From: Mytilus californianus | Taxonomy: Eukaryota | Direction of reading: 5' to 3' | Assembly (NCBI RefSeq): GCF_021869535.1 | Contig: NW_026262581.1 | Location: 95,976,001-96,040,000 of the forward strand | Length of the DNA: 64,000 nucleotides | Shown here: positions 1 to 10,100 of the stretch, piece after piece | Numbering within the stretch: position 1 is the first letter of the stretch | How the letters are laid out: the number at the start of each line of letters is the position of its first letter | Made by a program: the position numbers and the translations under genes | The notes under the pieces: generated by a model | Database searches by the model: none | What the model saw: only the letters and a program-made list of their open reading frames with translations | Told to the model about the DNA's origin: nothing

Positions 1-112
1 GCAGAATACAAATCAAAAAGACTTTAAATAGACAAATAAGGTAATTTAAACTAGCTCACAGAAAATAAAATATTTATAGGTAACGACTGTATTAGCTAAG
101 CTAGTGCAGTAC

Positions 113-180
113 TCCTTTTGCTCAGTTGGTACAGCAGTGGCTTACTGTGCCGGGGGTACAGGGATAGAATCCCAGCTCTT
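113..180 (+). pseudogene. Degenerate tRNA-derived sequence (tRNA pseudogene or SINE head)
   Basis: A-box-like GCTCAGTTGGTACAGC, anticodon-arm-like GGC-TTACTGT-GCC and T-arm-like GGG-ATAGAAT-CCC occur at tRNA-like spacing. The acceptor stem does not pair. Confidence 0.45.
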
Positions 181-227
181 ACAGTAATGAATTTTGTTTA
201 TCTTACAGTGATGAAGATATAGTCATT

Positions 228-2852
228 ATGTATAAAAATTCAACCTTCTGGATAAGTGGAGACCTTAATCTTCCTGATATAGATTGGCCATCAATGACAA
301 TAGAGGGCAAAATGTACCCGAAGGAAATGAATGAAATCTTTTTAGATTTATTAAACAATCTAGGTTTGGATCAGTTAGTAAATTTTCCTACCAGGAAAGA
401 TAATATTTTAGACATCTTTTGTACCAACCAACCAAATCTTATAACCAAAATTAAATCAATATCCGGTATATTGGATCACAACATAGTTTTGGTTGATGCC
501 ATTTGTAAGCCTAAAAGAGCTACGCAATGCCCCCATAAAAAAAAATTTCTTATGGAAGAAGGTAGATTTAGAAAAAATTAAAAATATTACCAAATCATTT
601 ATATATGATCTGCTAAGCCAGACCACATTAGAACTTACTATAGATCAGTGGTGGATTAAGTTTAGAGATGGAATAATAAAAATCATCAATGATAATATAC
701 CAAGTAAAATGACAAAATCTAAATATACAAATCCCTGGGCAAATAAAGAAATTGATAGTTTATGTAAAAAACAAAGACGAGCATTTAATAAAGCTAAAAA
801 AACAGGGAAACAAATCCACAAAGATAAATACAAAAAGCTTAAAGCAACAGCTCAAAGAGAAATTAGGAAAGCCCGAAGTAAATATATGGAAGAAATCATA
901 AGTCCACAACTGGAGGAAAAACCAAAATCATTTTGGCAATACATAAAAGGGAAAAAGACTGAAACATCAGGAGTCTCACCTTTGAGAGGTAAAGATGGAT
1001 TACTTTATAGTGATCCACAAACACAATCAAATATTTTAAATGAACAATTTAAAAGTGCATTTACTAAAGAAGACAAAACTTCAATGCCACATAAACCTAA
1101 AAGTCCCTACCCCACCATGCCAGATATAACCATTAATATCAATGGCATAATTAAACTCCTTAAAAATATAAACCCAGATAAAGCTAGTGGGCCTGATAAT
1201 ATCCCTACTATTTTCCTTAATAAATTCTCAGAAGAGATATCCCCCTTCCTTGTATTCTTTTTTCATAAAATCCATAAATGATGGAAAAATCCCAGAAGAG
1301 TGGAAACAGGCAAATGTTGTGCCAATTTTTAAAAAGGGAGATAAGCATAATGCAATTAACTATAGACCGGTTTCTTTAACGGCTATATGTTGTAAGGTTT
1401 TAGAACACATCTTAACAAGTAACATTAGAAAACATTTAGATTTAGATAATATTTTAAATGATTGCCAACATGGCTTTAGGAGTAAACGTTCCTGTGAAGC
1501 ACAACTTGTTATCAGCATCAAGGACATAGCAGAAGGTAATCAAGTTGATGCAATACTTTTAGATTTTTCCAAAGCTTTTGATAAGGTCCCCCATGAAAGG
1601 TTAATAACAAAGCTTTATTATTATGGTATACGTGAAAATAACTTACTTTGGATAAAAGATTTTTTGTCAAACAGGCAACAGCAAGTCCTGCCTAACGGTG
1701 TTCAGTCTTCCAAATTAGCTGTTGACTCTGGTGTTCCTCAGGGCACAGTATTAGGCCCAACTTTATTTTTGTTATTCATAAACGACCTACCTGAGCATGT
1801 CTCCTGTAAGGTTCGTCTTTTTGCTGACAACTGTTTACTTTATGAAACATCAAATAATAAAAATGAGTCTCAAGCACTCCAAAAAAACCTATCAAGCCTT
1901 GAAAATTGGGAATCTGAATGGCAAATGAAATTTAATCCTGAAAAATGCTATGTCATAAATATTTCTAAAAAGTGGAAAACTAATTTATTTCAATATAAAT
2001 TACATAACCATGTACTTGAATCTGTCAAAGACAGCAAGTATCTAGGAGTTACTATAAGCAATGATCTTGAGTGGGGGCCCCATATTAATAATATAACTTC
2101 AAAGGCAAATAAAACACTAGGATTTTTACGTAGAAACATGAAAAATTGTACACGTAAGGTTAAAAACCTTACGTACACATCACTTGTGCGTCCGACAGTC
2201 GAGTACTCCTCACCAGTTTGGGATCCGTACAAACAAAGCCAAATAAACCAAATTGAGCAGATACAGCGTAAGGCAGCAAGATATGTTTTTAATGACTATA
2301 ACGATAGATCACCAGGTGCTGTCACTGGTACATTGTATGTTAAACAAACTAAAATGGGAAAACTTGCAATCCCGTAGAACAAAAGCTAAGCTTGTCTTGA
2401 TTTATAAGATTAATGGGGGGTTGGTCGAAGTCACTAATGACGTCCTGACACAATCTGACAGGCGAACTAGAGGCCTACATAAATTTCGACATATATATAT
2501 ACCAATAAAGACTTTTTTAAATCATCTTTTTTCCCAAGTACTATTGCTGTCTGGAAAGATCTCCCAGAAACAATTTGCATGTCACCCTCCCTAGAATCCT
2601 TCAAAGGTGGTATCTCCACCTTAACATTTGGAGGTTCTAGTCTGGCTAATTAATTAGTGTATTTAAGCCACTGTACATACTGTGAATATGTTTAACATTA
2701 AGCTACAACTAATGTTATTTTAAATTGTAATTGAACTGTGGCAAATATTTTTATTTTATAACAAAATTTTCGACATCCATTTGCATGTACATAGCGCCAC
2801 AGTTCCGGGATATTCCACACACCGGAGTCTTTCCTGTATCAGGAAGAAGAAG
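228..2852 (+). mobile_element. 5'-truncated, inactivated CR1/L2-group LINE (end of APE endonuclease, RT, 3' UTR, GAA tail)
   Basis: Endonuclease motifs SGDLNLPDIDW and NILDIFCT. RT motifs NYRPVSL, QHGFR, LDFSKAFDKVPH and SGVPQGTVLGP. The catalytic FADD is mutated to FADN, with frameshifts near 570, 1270 and 2340. It ends in AGGAAGAAGAAG (2841-2852). Confidence 0.92.
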
Positions 2853-4444
2853 TATAATGACTCACGAGGTGGGAGAGTGTAGCGGTGCTTCACAGTTTTG
2901 GTAGGCACAAGATGACAAGCTCGCAGGTTACCAGGTGCATGTTTAGGGCCCCCTTATGGAGCTACATATATGGTTAATTCATAGACTTTTTACATGTTAT
3001 GCTCCTAACTTTGTCATCAGTAGTTTGCGTCCCCACCCCCTTTTTCAAAAATCTTGCCATTCATCTTCAATACTTCATCAGCATCTGGGTGACACACTAA
3101 TTATAAGATTATTTTTAGGGTTTCATTAGTGGGATGCGAAGAAATTAGTGTCAGGCTTAAGCTTTTAAAGTTTTTCGTTAAAACATACAGTTGAAATGTA
3201 CAATTTTGATGTATCTCTCAAAGTTTCTGAAAATCAAATTTCGTTACAAAAATTGAGAATCTGATTGGTTGACAGATACCGTAAATTGTAATTTGTCAAC
3301 AAAAAAGTACAATAAACTTATTAATTCTAGATAGTAAAAATTTCAATTTCTTTCTTTCTTTGATTGTATATACATAATAACTTCCTTATTCTTTTAACAA
3401 ATAGTTTACTTATTATATGTCGTAATTAAGGTAACAAGACATTTCGGCACCCAGACAAATCGGCACCCAGGTCCGAAGACATTTCGGTATCCATTTTGGA
3501 CATTTCGGGATCCGGACATTTCGGGACCAAGACAATTCGGCACCTCGTTTTTAAAAATATATATTAGGAAAAATTAAAGAATTGTTGCAGTAATATTATA
3601 ATTCGTAGGTAAAATTTGCATTACAAAAAAAATAATCATCATTTAATTAAACCCTAAATGATTATGTATGTATGAATAAACATCATTTAATTAAATCAAA
3701 ATTGATTGTTAGATATGTTGTTGTTTGAATAAACATCATTTAATTAAATCATAATTAATTTAGTTATGCATTAATCAGTATTTTATGTATAAATCTGATA
3801 ATTCCTCAATAGAGATCAAAAGTGTATAGCTTGTGTTTGCAGCTTGTGTTCTCGTTTGATCCTTACATCTGTTTAGACAACACAATACCTGAAAACTATA
3901 TTTTATTGTTTTAATATTAAAAGCCATACGTAGTATAACGAAATCCGAGATCTATATTTTAATTAGATTGAGATAGAGCTAATAGCATTTGTACATAAGG
4001 GAGAAAAGGGAAACTTTTCATTATTGCCAAATAAATAGTAATATTAGAAATCCCCCTATAAATGCAATTAAAACCCATAATACCTATTGTAACTAGCTTG
4101 ACTCAAACTTTAAACTTAAAACTATTCTAGATCCCAATAAAGATCGGAATTGCGAAAATAAGGTCCACATTGGCATTTATCTATATACTTATAATATATT
4201 CTTATAATATATTATTAATATCAACTTGACTTGTTTAACACTCTTTACATGCATTGTATGTTTCTTGTCACTTGTGTATATTATGTTTGCAATGTTTCAC
4301 TTTTTGCAATAAAGTATAATATATTATATAATAGTTCCTGTGTATTAACAGTTATCTATTGCCACGAGCCAGAACGGGCTAATTAACATATAATAATTGA
4401 TTGGATTAGTAGCTAGATAATTGAATTAACCTGTTTGGGAATTT

Positions 4445-4945
4445 TTAAATGTTGAAGTTGGTCGTTACAATAATATGTGTCTTATTGGAGATGAATATAA
4501 TTTTGTTCTTGTTTGTCCAGCTTATGAATCCGTGCATTACAATATCTACCAAGTATTATTGTTCTTGACTTAATAATTAAATTATAATACATTAAACGAT
4601 ATGAAATAAAGTACTATTTACAATACATAACATGTATGTTTGATTGACGATGATTTTAAAATTTTGTGTTTTTGGACCACCACCAAAGTGACATTAATTG
4701 TTAGAACTTATAGTGCTTGCTGTCTGTATATATGTTATATGTTATGTTATAGTTACAGTATTTAAACTTTTTGTTCATATTTATATGCTTTTAGCTTATC
4801 ATGCTTATTACAACATGCTTCTAGTGCTTCATTTTGTGCTGTGTAATTTACTACATGTGTATTATGTGTTGTATTGTTATAAATGTCTTGAATGTCGGTT
4901 AAAAGTATACTTTGCCGACTCTAAATAAAGCTTATTTATTATTTA
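4445..4945 (+). mobile_element. 3' remnant of a LINE (C-terminal Cys/His region, 3' UTR, (TTAT)n tail)
   Basis: Frame from 4445 reads LNVEVGRYNNMCLIGDEYNFVLVCPAYESV, like the LINE ORF2 C-terminus. The tail is GCCGACTCTAAATAAAGCTTATTTATTATTTATT, and the same tail recurs at about 7480-7520. Confidence 0.65.
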
Positions 4946-5272
4946 TTATATTTATTACATGTATGCATAAACTGTTGAATATAATTATGATAAATATAAT
5001 AAATAAATATTATTAATATTCTAGATGTGTTTTATTGATTTTGGATACTATGGTAATAGAACTATGCATTACATTAAAACTAGTACATGAACATTAAAAC
5101 TACATGTAGTACATGAATGGTGAAATATATAAAATCCGAATGTTCATTGTATCAGGAAAAATAATACACACAAATAAGACACCTATCAAAATGACTAAGC
5201 TGCAGTACAGTCTTCACAAATAAATAACAAAAGGAATAAACCACTTAATAAGATACTTCTTCGAAGATACCG

Positions 5273-6601
5273 CAGTGGCGGATTTACCGGGGGGGCACAG
5301 GGGGCACGTGCCCCCCCAGTCAGGGTCACCAAAAAAATTTCTAACATAGTTTTATTGCTACAGTATCTGCTTATCTAGATATCTAGATCGAAAATCAAGA
5401 CACAGCTTGATTTGACTTCCTAAACTGGTCATTAATTAACCCCAGCTTCAACATGTGTGATTTATGACAACTTATCGATGGGTGTGTAAATATTGACACC
5501 TTTGTGTAATGTCTATATCCAAAAGCATTTATGTAAACTACATGTACATGTACATGCTGATTGGAATTAATACGAATATATTTATTGGTTTCTAATACAA
5601 TATTACAGGATCAAGATCGATTAACAAGTGAAATCTTCTGATCAGGAAAGAAATTACCAACTAAAATCGGTCTTAAAAGAACTGTAAAAATAGATGTTTA
5701 GTATCGATATGAGATACGTCTTTTTTACCAAACACTCATATTGTATACGGCTCCTGGGGAATGTGCCTGTCTCAGAACAGTCTTTTTCGGACTTTATTAA
5801 ACAACAAACGATTTTTTCAATGCATACAGCAATTTTTTTTTAAACTGAATATGTCGTGTTTTTCCCCCCTTATTTTTTTATGGAAACAGAACCTCCCCCT
5901 CCACAAAACATGAATGGTCTGTGCCTTATATATAATCATTAATAAAATGATATTGTATCTTAGAAAACCTACTTATATTTGAGATGAAGAACAGTAATAA
6001 AAGCTTATATTGTGTGTTTTTTTGCTGTGCCTGTACTGATTTTGTGTCTCGGATGGATACCCCATATCCTTTGTTTTTCTATTATAGTACAGTAATTTGT
6101 GTATATTTTTTCTTGTTTTAATTACCATGTATGAGGGTATGAATCGGTTACCGTGAATGAGGGTATGAATGGTTTACCTTGAATGAGGGTATGAATGGGG
6201 TTTACAGATAAGAGAATAATGGTCAAAAAGTTAAGGCTAAAAAAAAATGGGCACAAACAATATAGAAAACAGATTAAAGCTATGATGAACTGTAAGGAAT
6301 AGAGGACAATTGGCAGCAAATAAAAGACTAGAAAGAAATGGACCTAAAAATAATGAATAGATATAAAAATGAAGACCCGACATCACCCCCCCCCCCCCCC
6401 CCCCCCCCGGCCGGGCAACGACCACCATCACCCCCAATACACGACACCACCACCACCACCACCCCCCCCTCCCGGGCAACGACCACAATCACCCCCAATA
6501 CATGACACCACCACACTCGCTTATATACATATATAAAAAAAAATCTTTAATTTTGGTTTCATGGTGCCCCCCCAGACATCGAGGTTCTGGATCCGCCCCT
6601 G
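5273..6601. mobile_element. hAT-like MITE nested in the MULE-like element
   Basis: Imperfect TIRs CAGTGGCGGATTT and GGATCCGCCCCTG, flanked by GATACC on both sides. Internal 3 x 26-bp repeat (6131-6205) and a C-rich duplicated unit (6380-6510). Confidence 0.6.
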
Positions 6602-7163
6602 GATACCATATACAATATTGATAATAATGTTGTAAATAGTGCAGGAAACAAATTAGTAATTTGTAAAAACAGTGAAACATTATTGCTATATATTAACACT
6701 AAACTTGCAAATTGAGTTCAGGCCCTCATAAATATATCAGTGCCAGGAAATTTTAATTTTTGGTTCACTATATTTAGATCAAAGATAAATAATTTATAAG
6801 GTGCCGATTTGTCTAGGTGCCGATTTTTCTGGGTGCCGAATTGTCTTTCGGGGGTGCCGATTTGTCTATGTTAGGTGCCGATTTGTCCGAATGCCGATTT
6901 GTCTGGGTTCCGAACTGTCTAGAATTCGTAATTAAAACTAATCACCGAAAGTATTTTTGTTCAAAAGTACAAACAACCAAGAACCATTATGTATATGCTT
7001 GCATGTTTTCCTATATTCTCGAGTCATTTAATGAAGTTTTTCCATTGAAACATGACCTGGCCATCTACTTGCACACTTCTTTAAAATATACATGTCTATA
7101 ATACAATAAACCTAAAATTAGATGATTCTTGGTACGACCTGATACCGCATCTTATTTACAACT

Positions 7164-10100
7164 ATGGCGATCGAGATTGATGAACCAACTTTTGTTGAAA
7201 CAATTTTACACTATGGGCTCTTACTTGGGGCTGTTTTCCAGCTAGTTTGTATATTTGCTGTAATATTCATTCCCCAGAGTCAGAATGATCAGGTAAACAT
7301 TAGCTTTTTTTAAACGAACGAGAAAAACTAATATTTTTTAAAATAAAGGAGGTTCGATAAAGCCCTAAAATGGCCCATATTTCCAGCTAAAACTTCAAAT
7401 TAGGATTTATTGACCAACATCACAATGAATATGTCGGTTAAAAGCTCATTAGAGCTTATGTTATGTCCTTGTTTTGTATACTATGCCGACTCTAAATAAA
7501 GCCTATTTATTAGTTATTTAGACCAGGAATATATATATTGACGGGACTTGACACTACCTAGTTGTAGTCGATTTTATCGTTGGGTCATAGGTAACAAAGA
7601 TACGATACGGAAACAGAGGTGTTAAAAATGTACTCACAGTTATCCTAATAATTTCTGATAATATCAGTAAAATGTCATTTAAACTAGTTTTACAGTGATG
7701 CAAGTGTATCAAACTTGTATTCTGTCACTTCAAATTTGTTATAATCGCATTCATTTTATCACAGAATGGTACAGAATGCAAACAGGGTAATAAAAAAATG
7801 GCGCCGATTGCCTTCCCAAATTCAAAACATTATAAAACACTTTACATCAAATAAATCACACTTATTTTGGTAATTTTATATGACAAAAGGTATCTACATT
7901 ATGATAAAACTTGTATTTATTTACGATTAGAATTATATGGTTAATTTATTGAGCAGTTCCAATACTATTTTTCAGTCAGAGACCACCAAAATCAATAAAT
8001 CTCGCGAAGTCTCATGGAGTCCGAGATTTTATCAATTTTATACCGAAAAGCCTATCAGATTCATTTCCCGTTAGGTATACTGTTCCTAGTTTAGAATCAT
8101 AATTTTAAATACAATGACTAGATAGGAAATATCCTCATCTCATGGGTTTTTGTGCTATTAAGAATGCATTGTGACGTCACAATTTCCTTTGAAAAAGCAT
8201 GCATAGTACGAATTCATATGACGTACGAAAAACAAATGATCTGACCATATGTCTTTTTGTTGAATATTTATGTACTTGCATTTTATTCATGATTTCACAA
8301 ATAGACGACTTCCAAATCCATGCACTTTCCCGTATATTTCCTATGTCACAATGCTTATGTTACTATGTCACAGTAAATATAAAAAAGAAGATGTGGTATG
8401 ATTGCCAATGAGACAACTCTCCACAAGAGACCAAATGACACAGAAATTAACAACTATAGGTCACTGTACGGCCTTCAACAATGAGCAAAGCCCATACTGC
8501 ACAGTCAGCTATAAAAGGCCCAGAAATGACAATGTAAAACAATTCAAACGAGAAAACTAACGGCCTACTTTATGTACAAAAAATGAACGAAAAAACAAAT
8601 ATGTAACACATAAACAAACGACAACCACTGAATTACAGGCTCCTGACTTGGGACAGGCACATACATACAGAATGTTGCGGGGTTAAACATGTTAGCGGGA
8701 TCCCAACCCTCCCCCTAATCCTGGGTCAGTGGTGCAACAGGACACTACAAGAATTGTACAAAACAATAAACAAATAACGCATATAATCAACAGCAACAAC
8801 CACTCAATTACAGGCTCCTAACTTGGGACAGGCACATATGGAATGTGGCGGGGTTAAACATGTTAGCGGGATCCCAACCCTCCCCTAACCTGGGACAGTG
8901 GTGTAACAGTACAACATAAGAACGAACTATAAAAATCAGTTGAAAGAGGCTTGACTCATCAGATGGATAAAAATACAAATACTACAATTACAAGTAGATG
9001 TGGCCGGGTACTTGTACATCCAAACAACAAAAAGACACTAAGTACAGATCTGAGAGTACTCTCAGTTACTGACAGCTAGTTCAAAGCCACTAACAACTAA
9101 TAAAAAAAAAAAAAAAAATCATGCATCTAAGACTAAATTATCAATCCGTACACATCCAACATCCAATGGATTTAGTGTAAAGACGTCATAAACAGTCAGA
9201 GAAAAACATGACCTTGTGCAATGCCAAGATACAGGTATCGACAGATTGTAGATCCATGAATGTGTATATGTACATAACAATAATATTTAGTTTGCTTTTA
9301 ATTTACTGATAACAAAATCAATATTAGTACCAATAAAAACAATATTTAATGATCTTATTTCAGTGTTGAATTGGTAACCTTTTAAAATAAGTTTGTTTAA
9401 AGGATCGATAAGTTTACCAGGTTCGTTTCTAAATTTCCGGGCACGGTCATGACGGTAAACAATATTGCCGTAAAAATGAGGATGTGCAATCCCGTTTGAA
9501 ATAAGTTTTCTACAGGTACAACCAAACTTCAAAACCAAATCTTTATATCTGTAGAAGAATTTAGTAAAGGTTTTAAGTAATTTGTGGTAACGAAATCCCT
9601 GGCTTAATAATTTACCAGTAATACATAGATTACGTTTGTTAAAATCAAAAACGTCACAACAGACACGGGCATAGCGAATGAGTTGTGAAATATAAACACC
9701 ATAAGATGGTGCCAAAGGAACATCACCATCTAAAAAGGGAAAATTAACAATAGGTTACGAAAAATCGTCCCTTTTGTCGTAAATTTTAGTGTGGAGTTTC
9801 CCATGTAAAACCGAAATATCTAAATCTAGGAAAGGACAGTTGTTACCATTTAAATTTGATTTATTTAAAGTAAGTTCCTTTGGGTAAATTTCGGCAGTAT
9901 ATTGAGAAAATTCTTGATTATTTAACGAAAAAATATCATCAAGATAACGGTAAGTGTTGTTGAATTTATCAATTAAATGCAATTTAGACGGTCTTTACTG
10001 AGTTTGGTCATAAACTGTGATTCATAACAGTACAAAAACAAGTCTGCTATTAAAGGGGCGCAATTAGTGCCCATAGGAATACCTACAACCTGTCGATAAA

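Larger units (their letters stand above)
3430..6925. mobile_element. Non-autonomous MULE/foldback-like DNA transposon with tandem-repeat TIRs
   Basis: Arrays of GACA(T/A)TTCGGCACC at 3436-3545 are inverted at 6800-6921, with about 30 terminal nt matching at 3 mismatches. An identical 10-bp flanking direct repeat TCGTAATTAA lies at 3420-3429 and 6926-6935. Confidence 0.75.

Noticed and set aside
221-2862. 9-bp inverted match AGTCATTAT/ATAATGACT flanking the LINE
   Set aside because: LINEs make direct TSDs, not inverted ones, and a short AT-rich match is plausibly chance.
6237-6680. G/W/V-rich ORFs in the ORF track
   Set aside because: They are translations of C/G-rich simple repeats inside a MITE.
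7632-8015. Minus-strand donor-like GTGAGT (7637), YY1-like AAAATGGCG (about 7795) and TCTCGCGA (about 8001) suggesting a nested antisense gene or promoter in the MANBAL intron
   Set aside because: No open frame or partner exon was found, and the motifs are short.
8930-8965. CUGAUGA as a hammerhead ribozyme core in the Penelope terminal repeat
   Set aside because: No downstream GAAA or stems II/III could be built. It is kept only as a C/D-like motif.
8990-9090. Possible twister or twister-sister ribozyme in the Penelope 3' region (GUACAAGUAC loop and hairpins)
   Set aside because: There is only partial motif resemblance and the full topology could not be assembled by eye. It needs an Rfam/Infernal search.
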